Shown here: in pieces, positions 48,469-58,113 of the stretch
How positions within the stretch are numbered: the stretch's first letter is position 1
How the letters are laid out: the number at the start of each line of letters is the position of its first letter
Source of the DNA: a phage
Sequence record: OZ335964.1
Strand: one strand, 5' to 3'
DNA length: 64,000 nt
Notes under the pieces: generated by a model
The model's input: only the letters and a program-made list of their open reading frames with translations
Told to the model about the DNA's origin: nothing
The model's database searches: none
Position numbers and translations under genes: made by a program

Positions 48469-48961
48469 TACCCTTCAAATCAGTCAATAATGCTTTTGGA
48501 ATACGCGTGATCGTAATATCTGCATTATTAAGAATATCAGCCCAATCACGCCCACCATTTCGATCATATGTGTCGCAATAGTATAGATGTTTAATTCCAC
48601 TGTTTGCAATTGCTTTAGCGCAATCTGGACACGGTGAAGCAGTACACCACATACTAGCACCTTCAATCGATACACCGCTACGGGCAGCAAACAAAATAGC
48701 ATTTAATTCAGCATGGATCTCGTTTTTCTGTGACCATGCACTATGTTCTGGTCGTTTTTCTGGGATCATTTTGCCGTCATCATCCAGCCAACCGCTTTTA
48801 TGTGCATGACAGCTACAATTTACTTGCCCTGCTGGAGTGCCGTTAAATCCAGTAGAAATGATTCGCCCGTCTTTTTCAATTAGTGCGCCTACCTTCCACG
48901 AAACGCATTTAGAGTTCTTTGCGATTAGATAGGCGATCTGCATGTAAGTTTGTGACAACAT
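48446..48961 (-). CDS. cd: dCMP deaminase
   Basis: Zinc-binding motifs HAELNAI and PCPDCAKAI. Confidence 0.88.
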   Translation of the reverse strand: MLSQTYMQIAYLIAKNSKCVSWKVGALIEKDGRIISTGFNGTPAGQVNCSCHAHKSGWLDDDGKMIPEKRPEHSAWSQKNEIHAELNAILFAARSGVSIEGASMWCTASPCPDCAKAIANSGIKHLYYCDTYDRNGGRDWADILNNADITITRIPKALLTDLKGIDNDRTN

Positions 48962-48982
48962 AATATAATCCTCACATATTAA

Positions 48983-49186
48983 TTAACCGTATACGCGAAA
49001 GTATTCTACTGTTCCGTCGCTATACTGTTTTACATTGAATGTATTCACGCCATGATCATTGCTCATAATGACATATACACTGCGACGCTCATCACCAAAC
49101 GGGTTAACTGGTGCGGGTTCAATTTCAACATTAAAACCACGTTTAGCAAGTGCTTCGCCTAATTGCTTGAGTTTATCGGTAAACAT
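48983..49186 (-). CDS. Hypothetical small protein
   Basis: 67-aa ORF between pseT and cd. Confidence 0.4.
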   Translation of the reverse strand: MFTDKLKQLGEALAKRGFNVEIEPAPVNPFGDERRSVYVIMSNDHGVNTFNVKQYSDGTVEYFRVYG

Positions 49187-50064
49187 TAAAAGTCTCCGTA
49201 GTTAACCTGAAAACATTCTACACCAATTGAGCGGTACATGTCAACCACTTGATCACGGTCGTCTACTGCCAAAACAACATGATAACGCGGTGCAATTTCA
49301 GAGAAGAAAATCTCTTTCTTCACTTCATGGTCAGGACGACGATCATTAGTTTCGCGCTGGAAGTGATCACTAGGTTCAATACCTTGTTCACGCAACCATT
49401 GCAGCGTATCTTCCTCGCAAACATCCTCACGTCCTGAGCACGTAATGATACGATAGCCATTATCACGATACAGTTTAAGCATTTCGATCACTTGCGGACG
49501 CGGTTTATCTTCTTTGACCTTTGTCCAGTCAAACGGATGACGACCGCCCTTATCCGCTAATGTTCCATCAATATCAAAGATCACTGCCTTCGGCAGCATT
49601 GTATTCGGTTTGTATACTTCTTGACCCATATATTCCTGCATCAGATAAAATTGGTTACGCAAATGAGAAAGTGGAATTGCTTTCTCGCCGCGATAGAAAT
49701 TACGTTTCTTTAGTGTCTCAAATGATTCATTGAACACTTGTTCAGTATACACCGCGTTAAATTCTTTTGCAAGTTCTTTGTAGAATACACGATGTTTTTC
49801 TTTCAGGTTGGTATCGGAGATAATGATACTCAATCCGCGTGATAGAGTCTCACGAGCAATCATTCTCTGAATAGACTCTACCAGCTTTTCTTTTTCCTTA
49901 GTATACTTGTATTTCAAAAGTGAGTCAACACCAAACAACATAAGACGAAGATCATCGCGATTCACATTACGATAATTACTAAACCGTTTACATGTTTCCA
50001 TAGCCCATGTAGTTTTACCAGACCCAGAACAACCAACGGTTAAAATCACTTCACATTTCGGCAT
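49186..50064 (-). CDS. pseT: Polynucleotide 5'-kinase / 3'-phosphatase
   Basis: Walker A GCSGSGKTT plus HAD phosphatase motif DIDGTLAD; start set at MPKCEV. Confidence 0.85.
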   Translation of the reverse strand: MPKCEVILTVGCSGSGKTTWAMETCKRFSNYRNVNRDDLRLMLFGVDSLLKYKYTKEKEKLVESIQRMIARETLSRGLSIIISDTNLKEKHRVFYKELAKEFNAVYTEQVFNESFETLKKRNFYRGEKAIPLSHLRNQFYLMQEYMGQEVYKPNTMLPKAVIFDIDGTLADKGGRHPFDWTKVKEDKPRPQVIEMLKLYRDNGYRIITCSGREDVCEEDTLQWLREQGIEPSDHFQRETNDRRPDHEVKKEIFFSEIAPRYHVVLAVDDRDQVVDMYRSIGVECFQVNYGDF

Positions 50065-50516
50065 TATTTCTCCTTCGGTTTGCACCGTTCCTCATTAAGT
50101 TCTTTGCGATAATAACACATGATCAACTTACTTTCAAGTGTATATCTCTTAATATCAGCCAACCAAACTCTAAATTTTTGGGAGTCCTCCCACGACATAG
50201 AAACTCTAGGTTTACCGTCTATTGTATCCACTTTCAGGTTAATGTCAACTTTTTCTATTGGTGCTGGTAGTGGAGGATGTAATTTCGGTTCCTGTGAATA
50301 ATGGTCCATTGTACACGAAGAAAGAGCAAATACAATAGGCACAGCGAAGACATGGATTATGGCGGTCTGAAAATTCTTATGTGCTTTCTTAAACATCCAG
50401 TGTATCACGAAAATTGAAAACACCATAAGGATAATAATGCTTGCACCTATCCCCAGATAATCAACCAGATTAAAATTGTTTATCTGCTCTTGCGTAGGCA
50501 ATATTTCTATGCTCAT
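50064..50516 (-). CDS. Membrane protein
   Basis: Two hydrophobic helices at the N-terminus. Confidence 0.5.
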   Translation of the reverse strand: MSIEILPTQEQINNFNLVDYLGIGASIIILMVFSIFVIHWMFKKAHKNFQTAIIHVFAVPIVFALSSCTMDHYSQEPKLHPPLPAPIEKVDINLKVDTIDGKPRVSMSWEDSQKFRVWLADIKRYTLESKLIMCYYRKELNEERCKPKEK

Positions 50517-50848
50517 TTAGTAGCCTCCTTTAATTCTTCGGTAAACTCCTTAAATGAATCATTAAGCTGTTTCTCTACCAACTTGGGTTTTTGTGCTACT
50601 ACATAGCCTCGTGTAGCGTCTTTCATTGCTTTGTTTTGTTCTTCTGCAAACTTAGTTCTTATTCCGTACATCTCCTTTTGTAGTGAGTCTACGACCTTCA
50701 TCTTTTCATCTGTCTTTTTCTTATACTCTGTAAATTCCTGATTCAGACGATCTACCTCCTTTTTATTTTCCCACCACATATTGCCACCTACCCCCAGCAA
50801 TACAGATATGATAACAATGTATATCAGCTTTGACATATTACCCCCCAA
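50513..50848 (-). CDS. Membrane-anchored protein
   Basis: N-terminal hydrophobic helix then charged coiled region. Confidence 0.5.
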   Translation of the reverse strand: MGGNMSKLIYIVIISVLLGVGGNMWWENKKEVDRLNQEFTEYKKKTDEKMKVVDSLQKEMYGIRTKFAEEQNKAMKDATRGYVVAQKPKLVEKQLNDSFKEFTEELKEATK

Positions 50849-50881
50849 CGACGAAAGGCGGGGAACTAGCCCCGCTTATTA

Positions 50882-52051
50882 TTACCAATCAATCTTATCA
50901 GCCGGAATTAGTTTCTTATAATTCCGTAGATAGTAAGTTTTCATTGAAGCCAGAATACGGTCATAATCAAGACCATCAAATGCAATCATCAGACACATGA
51001 AAATATATGCTTGTGCATCACCATGTTTACGTGATTCGATAGTCGCATTGGATGCATATGTCTTTCTGTCTTCTCCAGCGTGTGCGTTATAAAATTCTGT
51101 TGCTGTCGTGAAGGCATTGCGAAGAATAGACCTGAATGCTTCCTCGAATAGCTCGATTCGTTCCAGTGCTTCCGGTTCTCCTTCATATGCAGCACGCAAA
51201 TCATCGGTTTCGCTTTCTACGACATAGTAGATCAGGTTATTAGGAAACATCGATGTGTTTTTAATGTTGTGCACACCAATATACCATTCACTCTTCACTT
51301 TGAACATTTGACCGTCTTTAGTGCGTGCAACAATTCCTTCGATACCTTCTGCGGTCCGAACTTCATCAAGAATATTGCTAAAACGCGCTGAATCAACCTG
51401 TAACGCATTTACCAGATGAGGACGTAGGATTGCGTCAGCAAATAGCATTTGATGCGGTACGTACTCTCCTGTGACGTTATGGCGTACATTCAGAAGTGTT
51501 AGCGACGGTTCAGAATATTCTACAACAATTCGGTTGCTGGGTGCTGTATATTCAAAGTTGAAAGTATAATCAGACCCAATATCGGCGATCTTAGCGCGTA
51601 GATCCGCATACTTCTCTGAATACAGAAGACCGTTTGCTCTCTCTGCCTGGCTTGAGTACAAGGCCGCTTTAGACTTCAACTGAACATAGCCGTTATCAAT
51701 GTATGTGCTTACTAGACTACCGTCCATTTTGTCCATGACCATTTCCACATCTTCCGGCTTAAAGCGAGCGCGATCATTCTCACCTAAATTAAAAAACTTC
51801 TCCATAGGACGAGATGCAATGCGGACAGGTCGGTCTTTATCATCGATTTCAAACATGATCCCGCGACACTCTAACGCATCTGGTTTATTCCACATTTCCG
51901 GTTTGCTCAAGTACAGATAACTAAAAATGCGCATACGGGTTTGCATTGCCGTAATTTCATCTTTGTAATAGAACGTATCAGATCCGTCACATAGTGCCAT
52001 CAGATTTTTGAACAATGCTAAAACTTTTTTGTTGTTTTCTTTTGTTGACAT
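50882..52051 (-). CDS. rnlA: RNA ligase 1
   Basis: Nucleotidyltransferase motif KMDGSL; T4 RnlA-sized; synteny with pseT and denA. Confidence 0.8.
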   Translation of the reverse strand: MSTKENNKKVLALFKNLMALCDGSDTFYYKDEITAMQTRMRIFSYLYLSKPEMWNKPDALECRGIMFEIDDKDRPVRIASRPMEKFFNLGENDRARFKPEDVEMVMDKMDGSLVSTYIDNGYVQLKSKAALYSSQAERANGLLYSEKYADLRAKIADIGSDYTFNFEYTAPSNRIVVEYSEPSLTLLNVRHNVTGEYVPHQMLFADAILRPHLVNALQVDSARFSNILDEVRTAEGIEGIVARTKDGQMFKVKSEWYIGVHNIKNTSMFPNNLIYYVVESETDDLRAAYEGEPEALERIELFEEAFRSILRNAFTTATEFYNAHAGEDRKTYASNATIESRKHGDAQAYIFMCLMIAFDGLDYDRILASMKTYYLRNYKKLIPADKIDW

Positions 52052-52448
52052 AATTTGTGTTCCATTCTGGTTTAAATTTGGTGATCAAAACAGGTTCTTC
52101 GATATCGGCAGTGCTTATAATATCTTTACCCGTTGGATTCTCGATGTACAACTCAAAGCATTGGCGGTAATAGAATGTTACTGTCTTACCTTCCTCTAGC
52201 GCCTTATGAATATTCTTACTCTTGCGAGTATCCGCTGTTGGTGTTTGTCTGTTAATGCTCGTCCGGTAATAATTGATCCGCTTTCTGAGATTAACAGTCT
52301 GACCAATATATACCAGTTCATCATCAACCACAATAGCGTAAAGAACATTTAAACGGTTCTTCTGAGGCGGTAGAATCACATCACCATCTTTACACTCTAA
52401 ACATGAATATTTAACGAATCCATAGTTTTCTATTAGCTCATTAATCAT
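51987..52448 (-). CDS. denA: Endonuclease II (GIY-YIG)
   Basis: Aligns with T4 DenA: NVLYAIVVDDELVYIGQTVNLRKRINYYRT. Confidence 0.8.
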   Translation of the reverse strand: MINELIENYGFVKYSCLECKDGDVILPPQKNRLNVLYAIVVDDELVYIGQTVNLRKRINYYRTSINRQTPTADTRKSKNIHKALEEGKTVTFYYRQCFELYIENPTGKDIISTADIEEPVLITKFKPEWNTNYVNKRKQQKSFSIVQKSDGTM

Positions 52449-52498
52449 TATCCTTTCCTCACGTCACAACAAAGGCGGGATTTCTCCCGCCCACCTTA

Positions 52499-52897
52499 TT
52501 AACTTTCCAGAATATCGCGAGCTTCGTTACGCTCCTTGATGATTTTCAGGACAAATTCCAGTTTTTCTTTGTTCAGTGTTCCGTTTTCCATTGCTTCTTT
52601 GACGGTAAACACTCCGCCACCTTGCCCGTATACAGTGACAGTGATTTCACCTAACATCGTGGTATGAAAACCGCCAATTTTCGGTGATTCGAAAGAAACA
52701 ATCACCTCACGGATAGTATTGCCATCGTTGATTTCTTCCAGCGTAATATCGCTTTTGTAAGCGGTTGCTTTAACCATACGGATCAGCATAGTCTGATCTG
52801 GGGAGATGGTCATTTTGTCCATTGCATGTTGCAATGCAGCGTAACCGAAAACTTTAACGAAGTCCAGAACGTCTTTGCGAGTTTGAAATTTAATCAT
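52499..52897 (-). CDS. Hypothetical protein
   Basis: 132-aa ORF behind an early promoter cassette. Confidence 0.5.
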   Translation of the reverse strand: MIKFQTRKDVLDFVKVFGYAALQHAMDKMTISPDQTMLIRMVKATAYKSDITLEEINDGNTIREVIVSFESPKIGGFHTTMLGEITVTVYGQGGGVFTVKEAMENGTLNKEKLEFVLKIIKERNEARDILES

Positions 52898-52938
52898 CTT
52901 GATACTCCTTAGTAAGTTAGTTTCGTTTCGATGGGGGT

Positions 52939-52967
52939 ATCTTACTACCCCCGTTTCAGGCTGTCAA
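52939..52967 (-). promoter_or_regulatory. Early promoter cassette (TTGACA-N17-TAAGAT) with GGGGGTA/TACCCCC palindrome
   Basis: Conserved leader CATCGAAACGAAAC and RBS AAGGAG before ORF 52897. Confidence 0.55.
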
Positions 52968-53186
52968 CTACTTTTTAATGACAAGTTCGAATTTTGCTAC
53001 CTTACGTCCTCGTTTATTGAAAGCAACCCACGGACGGTTTTCAATGTAGAACAATTCTTCGCCAATAATGAATACTGGCTGATTGTAAAGGCGACCCATC
53101 AGGTCACGCTGGCGAATGGTAGTAGATTCGTATACTTCGCCTACTACAAAGTGTTTGCTGATAGAGTCGGTGCAAGTAAATTTCAT
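52968..53186 (-). CDS. Hypothetical protein
   Basis: 72-aa ORF behind an early promoter cassette. Confidence 0.45.
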   Translation of the reverse strand: MKFTCTDSISKHFVVGEVYESTTIRQRDLMGRLYNQPVFIIGEELFYIENRPWVAFNKRGRKVAKFELVIKK

Positions 53187-53219
53187 TTTGATTCTCCTGT
53201 GTTTCGTTTCGATGGGGGT

Positions 53220-53248
53220 ATCTTACTACCCCCGCTATTCAGTGTCAA
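53220..53248 (-). promoter_or_regulatory. Early promoter cassette (TTGACA-N17-TAAGAT) with GGGGGTA/TACCCCC palindrome
   Basis: Near-identical to the 52939 copy; RBS AGGAGA before ORF 53186. Confidence 0.55.
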
Positions 53249-53255
53249 CTACTTT

Positions 53256-53474
53256 TTACTTGTTGTATTCATTCCACCATTGAGTGAGCTTATCAATTAT
53301 TTTTGTGTTTCTATCCAACTTATCCCACCGTTTTCGAGGGTTTATCAACCGGAATAGGTAAGGTGTACTTGTTAAGTGAACTCTGTCAATATAGTGATTG
53401 ATGTACTGTTTTTCAATTCTAAGTTTCATCTTTTTACGATGAAAATATGCAATGACTTGTTCTTCTGTTTCCAT
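53256..53474 (-). CDS. Hypothetical protein
   Basis: 72-aa ORF behind an early promoter cassette. Confidence 0.45.
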   Translation of the reverse strand: METEEQVIAYFHRKKMKLRIEKQYINHYIDRVHLTSTPYLFRLINPRKRWDKLDRNTKIIDKLTQWWNEYNK

Positions 53475-53498
53475 ATGTTCCTCCGTTTCGATGTGCGT

Positions 53499-53527
53499 AT
53501 TATGCTATGGCAAGATCTGATTGTCAA
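53499..53527 (-). promoter_or_regulatory. Early promoter cassette (TTGACA-N17-CATAAT)
   Basis: Conserved leader CATCGAAACGGAGG before ORF 53474; directly downstream of a terminator. Confidence 0.5.
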
Positions 53528-53538
53528 CACCCAATAAC

Positions 53539-53562
53539 AAAAAAGTCGCCACTATGGGCGAC
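53539..53562 (-). terminator. Terminator after the HAD-like gene
   Basis: Minus strand GTCGCC-CATAGT-GGCGAC followed by TTTTTT. Confidence 0.6.
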
Positions 53563-53574
53563 TTTGAACAAACA

Positions 53575-54051
53575 TTAATCATGACCGTGATTTGCAATAT
53601 CCGCTCGCGTCTTATCTTTGTGATTTCCTACGTCAAAGACACGATAACCATTTTCACGCAAAACTTTAATCACTTCTGGGTTATCTTCGAATACCCCCAC
53701 TACTCCATCTTTATCAAAGGATTTAATTACCTCTAATTTGATGTGATAGTCTTTACGGGAATCGGTACGTCCTCTCATAAAGATTTTATCAAAACATACA
53801 CCGTTAGAAATTAACCAATCAATTGTTTCCATGTAAGCATGTGAACTTCGTCCGGTGAGGATGTAAATCAAATGCCCGTTGTCGGAAAGAGCATTGATAA
53901 CACGGATTACATCGTAAATGGGGGAATCTCCCCCACATGCCTTGTTATATTCGATCCATGACTCGACTTTATCAAGATTTTCGGTTGGCATCTTTGCTAG
54001 TCGATGTGTTGGATCTGTGATCGTAAAATCTAAATCGACAAAATATATCAT
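53575..54051 (-). CDS. HAD-superfamily phosphatase-like protein
   Basis: N-terminal DxD motif (FVDLDFTITD) and ILTGR; translationally coupled to nrdB. Confidence 0.5.
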   Translation of the reverse strand: MIYFVDLDFTITDPTHRLAKMPTENLDKVESWIEYNKACGGDSPIYDVIRVINALSDNGHLIYILTGRSSHAYMETIDWLISNGVCFDKIFMRGRTDSRKDYHIKLEVIKSFDKDGVVGVFEDNPEVIKVLRENGYRVFDVGNHKDKTRADIANHGHD

Positions 54052-55208
54052 AGATATTTCCCGAATCGGTTGTAGTCATCGTCTGTTAAATCGGTATTAA
54101 CCTGAGACACCAGATACATAATCTCTACTTCCTGCGCTGCATTCTGCACTTCGTCAGAGTTTAACCACTTACGCATCCACGGTAAAGGATGACGACGAAC
54201 ACTAAACGGGCTTTTCAGTCCGGCAGCACGCATACGGGAATCTGCCAGGTATTCTACATAGGTTTTCAGAATTTCCGGTGACAGGTTAGGAATTGCCCCC
54301 ATTGCGAATAGGTGGTCTACCCATTCTTTTTCTTGCTCGACAACATCCAGAAAGATTTTCGTTGCTTCGTCTTCAAGTTCTTCCGCAATCTGTTTCCACT
54401 CATCACCATCAGCCCCCGTTTGCCATTGACGAATAATGTATTGTGTGCCTTTTAAGTGAAGTTGTTCATCACGCGCAATAAATTTCATGATCTTCGCGTT
54501 ACCTTCCAGTAAACCACGTTCGGCAAAGCTGAAAGTACATGCAAAGGACACATAAAAACGGATTGCTTCCAAAGCATTGACGCAGTGTGCACACAGATAA
54601 ATCGAAGCCATCAGATCTCGTTTTGTATCTTCAAAAAATCTTCTTGCATCATCTAATGCTGTCGGGTCGTCTCGTTCTTCCCAATAGCGGAGATCTTCTT
54701 TTGCGTTCTCATACTTACGAATCCAATAGAGAACATCATCATAATATTGCCCGATAGATTCCGCTCGCTTCATGATAGCAGGGTTATCGATGATCTGGTC
54801 AAACTCACTAGCCGGATCAATAAAACAGTTACGCATAATGTGAGTATAACTGCGGCTATGAATCGTTTCGCTGAATGTCCATGTTTGCAACCATGTATCA
54901 AGAGTCGGATCAGATACAATTGGACCAAATGCTGCGGACGGTGCGCGACCTTGAATAGAATCAAGTAATGTCTGATACTTCAAGTTTTCGGTAAAGAAAC
55001 GCTTTTCAACGTCACCCATATTAAGATATTGAATGCGGTCAGTTGCAAGCGAGATCTCTTCTGGACGCCAGAAAAATGACAATTGCTTTTCGATCAGTTC
55101 TTCAAATACTTGATGACGCTGAATATCATAGCGAGCGATACCCAACCCACTACCCAGAAACATCGGTTCGTTCATAATATCAACATGTTCGCGGTTAAAT
55201 ACGCTCAT
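54048..55208 (-). CDS. nrdB: Ribonucleotide reductase small subunit
   Basis: Class Ia R2 features (FSETIHSRSYTHI, acidic C-terminal tail); continuous ORF, no intron. Confidence 0.9.
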   Translation of the reverse strand: MSVFNREHVDIMNEPMFLGSGLGIARYDIQRHQVFEELIEKQLSFFWRPEEISLATDRIQYLNMGDVEKRFFTENLKYQTLLDSIQGRAPSAAFGPIVSDPTLDTWLQTWTFSETIHSRSYTHIMRNCFIDPASEFDQIIDNPAIMKRAESIGQYYDDVLYWIRKYENAKEDLRYWEERDDPTALDDARRFFEDTKRDLMASIYLCAHCVNALEAIRFYVSFACTFSFAERGLLEGNAKIMKFIARDEQLHLKGTQYIIRQWQTGADGDEWKQIAEELEDEATKIFLDVVEQEKEWVDHLFAMGAIPNLSPEILKTYVEYLADSRMRAAGLKSPFSVRRHPLPWMRKWLNSDEVQNAAQEVEIMYLVSQVNTDLTDDDYNRFGKYL

Positions 55209-55223
55209 TAATTCACCTCACTA

Positions 55224-55391
55224 TCACTTTTTAACACAAAAGAACTTAGTATTTCTGTTTATTTCGTTATCCTGTTGCAATTCCTGCACGGCTTCAAAAC
55301 AACTTTGATGTGATGAAAACTCCACGCTGGTAACAGTTCCTTTATTATATGAGCCTACGCTAACGGAAAGCAATAACCATATTGTAGCCAT
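55224..55391 (-). CDS. Small protein with N-terminal hydrophobic helix (55 aa)
   Basis: MATIWLLLSV...; paralog of the next ORF; below track cutoff. Confidence 0.35.
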   Translation of the reverse strand: MATIWLLLSVSVGSYNKGTVTSVEFSSHQSCFEAVQELQQDNEINRNTKFFCVKK

Positions 55392-55564
55392 TAGTTCACC
55401 TTCTGCTTTTCAACACAGTACAGATTCATAAAGCGTTTATTGTCTTCGCGGATAATCTCGCGAGCTTTAACGCAATCCTGCTTTGTTGCAAATTCAATAC
55501 TTGACATGTTTCCGTAATTATACATTGAATTGCTGATTGCAATCAATAACCATACAGTAGCCAT
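55391..55564 (-). CDS. Small protein with N-terminal hydrophobic helix (57 aa)
   Basis: MATVWLLIAI...; paralog of the previous ORF; TAATG junctions on both sides. Confidence 0.35.
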   Translation of the reverse strand: MATVWLLIAISNSMYNYGNMSSIEFATKQDCVKAREIIREDNKRFMNLYCVEKQKVN

Positions 55565-55731
55565 TATTCGACAACCTCAAAGCATTTATCATCAGGAAGA
55601 ATAGCCCATTCTACGCCGTATTCATCCTCAACGTAGTAGCAAGTCCCATCATGTCGAGCATCATATACATCACCGACAACAAAGCTATCGGCTAGTTCAA
55701 AATCTACAGCAACACATTTTAATTTGGTCAT
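55564..55731 (-). CDS. Small hypothetical protein (start set at MTKLK)
   Basis: RBS GAGGA; the longer track ORF would overlap the promoter cassette. Confidence 0.4.
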   Translation of the reverse strand: MTKLKCVAVDFELADSFVVGDVYDARHDGTCYYVEDEYGVEWAILPDDKCFEVVE

Positions 55732-55762
55732 AATAAAATCCTCACTTGTTTTTGATGGTTGT

Positions 55763-55791
55763 ATTATAGCGGGGATTTCTCCCCGCGTCAA
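55763..55791 (-). promoter_or_regulatory. Promoter-like element (TTGACG-N17-TATAAT) with GCGGGGA/TCCCCGC palindromic spacer
   Basis: Between nrdA stop and small ORF 55731. Confidence 0.45.
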
Positions 55792-55800
55792 CACTTATTT

Positions 55801-58044
55801 TTACAGTTTGCAAGATGAACATTCGCTAGCGTCTTCCGTACCATCAGCACCATCACGCACGTTAGCGTAATACAGTGTCTTGAGGCCGTAATATTGAGCA
55901 AATAACATATCATCTAATACATCAGCAATATCGACTTTACCAGTCTTATAAGTGCTTGGATCATAGGATGTATTGGAACTAATCGCCTGGTCGACAAACT
56001 TCTGCATAATAGCTGCCAGTGTCAGATAAGGCTTGTTACCTTTCTTGATCAGTGTCCAAAGCAAGTCAATAACATCAGCATTATTCTCTACGTTCGGAAT
56101 AACCTGATTAAATTGCCCTTCTTTCGATCCTTTAACCGATACAATCCCGCGAGGCGGTTCAATACCGTTTGTGCTGTTAGACACCTGAGAAGACGACTCA
56201 CAAGGCATCAGCGCCGAAAGCGTACTGTTACGAATGCCATATTTTTTCAGGTCTTCGCGCAGTTCTTCCCAATCCATCTCATACACCGGGTCAACCAGTT
56301 CATCTACTGTCTTTTTGTACCAGTCGATAGGCAGTTCACCGCGACCATAACGTGTTTCGTGCATCAGTTCGCAAGCACCCTTCTCTTTAGCCAGTTGCAC
56401 ACTAGCCTTAATCAGAGCATATTGCAAGCGTTCAAACGTTTTATGCGTAAACTCGTTGGCGTCTTCATATGTGAAGAAATTATCCGCCAGATATGATGCA
56501 AAGTTAGTCACACCAACACCCAGAGAGCGACGTTTTTTTGCTGTCAGAGCTTGTTCTACGGGATAATCCTGGTAATCTAACAAGTTGTCAAGTGCACGCA
56601 CCATAACCATAGCAATGCGTTCTACTTCTTCCATGTTTTCGATATCGAAATTACCTAAAACATATGCTGCCAAAGTACATAGGCTGATCTCTGAATCATC
56701 ACGCCCCATTGGTTTAGTAGGCAGTGCAATTTCGCAACACAGGTTAGATTGTTTAATCGGTGCTACATTGCGAATAAACGCCCCGTGATTGTTCATGTTG
56801 TCTGTGAACGCTGGATAGATTCGACCAGTGTTAAAACGTTCAATTGCCACCGCTAAAAACAGGTCTTCGGCTTTAACACGAGTTTTACGAACACTCGGAT
56901 CTTTTTCCAGTTTTTCGTAAAGCTGGCGGAAACCTTCCTCATCTCGGAAGTACAGATCCCACAACAAGCCACCTGCAACATCTGGACTAAACAGAGTAAT
57001 GTAATCCCGTTTAAGGAATCGCTCTACCATCAGGTTATTAATCTGTACGCCGTAATCAAGATGGCGAATGCGGTTATCTTCTACCCCTTTGTTGTTCTTC
57101 AACACAATAAGACTTTCAAACTCTAAATGCCACATTGGGTAATAGAGAGTCGCCGCCCCGCCACGAATACCGCCTTGTGAGCATGACTTAACGGCAGTCT
57201 GAAAATGTTTCCAGAATGGGATAACGCCAGTATGACGAACTTCACCATGCCCGATCTTAGATCCTTCCGCGCGAATCATGCCAGCGTTGATACCGATGCC
57301 AGCACGCTTACTAATATACTTGATGATTGCATTTGCTGTTTCGTTGATGCCCTGCAATGAGTCATCAGATTCGATCACCACACACGAACTAAATTGGCGT
57401 GTTGGAGTACGCACACCAGCCATAATCGGAGTAGGAAGAGAAATTTGCTTATTAGCAACAGCATTATAAAAATCAATCACATGTTCAAGTCGATTTTCTG
57501 TCTCTTCTTGATGTAAACACATACCGATCAGCATATACGCAAATTGCGGTGTTTCGATGATTTTCTTAGTGCTGCGATCCTGAACAAGATATTTCTCTTT
57601 TAATTGCATCGCACCAGCATAGGTCATTTTAAAATCAAGTTTATGATCGATGAATTTCTCCAGATATTCCACTTCTTCACGGGAATACTTTTGCAGAATT
57701 TCGCGATCATATTTTCCGGTTGCAATATTACGCTCAATATGGCTGTAAAAATCAATCGGTTGGAATTGACCGTATACTGATTTACGAAGCGCGAACATTG
57801 CAAGGTTACTTGCTACATATTGATAATCAGGTGTTTCTACAGTAATGTTGTCTGCGGCGACCTTAATCAATACTTTCTGGATATCGTTGGTAGACATACC
57901 TTCTGTCAGAAGTGGTTCAACCATATCAAACAATTCATATGGATCAACGTTATGACCTTCGGCTGCCGCTTCCAGAATTTTCATTACTTTTTCTTTTTCA
58001 AACGGAACAGTCAGACCGGAAGACTTAACAACATTTTTAATCAT
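55801..58044 (-). CDS. nrdA: Ribonucleotide reductase large subunit
   Basis: 747 aa; ATP-cone N-terminus, active-site NLCCEI, C-terminal CSSC-type redox tail. Confidence 0.92.
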   Translation of the reverse strand: MIKNVVKSSGLTVPFEKEKVMKILEAAAEGHNVDPYELFDMVEPLLTEGMSTNDIQKVLIKVAADNITVETPDYQYVASNLAMFALRKSVYGQFQPIDFYSHIERNIATGKYDREILQKYSREEVEYLEKFIDHKLDFKMTYAGAMQLKEKYLVQDRSTKKIIETPQFAYMLIGMCLHQEETENRLEHVIDFYNAVANKQISLPTPIMAGVRTPTRQFSSCVVIESDDSLQGINETANAIIKYISKRAGIGINAGMIRAEGSKIGHGEVRHTGVIPFWKHFQTAVKSCSQGGIRGGAATLYYPMWHLEFESLIVLKNNKGVEDNRIRHLDYGVQINNLMVERFLKRDYITLFSPDVAGGLLWDLYFRDEEGFRQLYEKLEKDPSVRKTRVKAEDLFLAVAIERFNTGRIYPAFTDNMNNHGAFIRNVAPIKQSNLCCEIALPTKPMGRDDSEISLCTLAAYVLGNFDIENMEEVERIAMVMVRALDNLLDYQDYPVEQALTAKKRRSLGVGVTNFASYLADNFFTYEDANEFTHKTFERLQYALIKASVQLAKEKGACELMHETRYGRGELPIDWYKKTVDELVDPVYEMDWEELREDLKKYGIRNSTLSALMPCESSSQVSNSTNGIEPPRGIVSVKGSKEGQFNQVIPNVENNADVIDLLWTLIKKGNKPYLTLAAIMQKFVDQAISSNTSYDPSTYKTGKVDIADVLDDMLFAQYYGLKTLYYANVRDGADGTEDASECSSCKL

Positions 58045-58113
58045 ATTACCTCACTTCATATTTTAGCAGGAACAAGTTTATCCTCCATATTGGGGGCTTT
58101 CGCCCCCCTTTGT

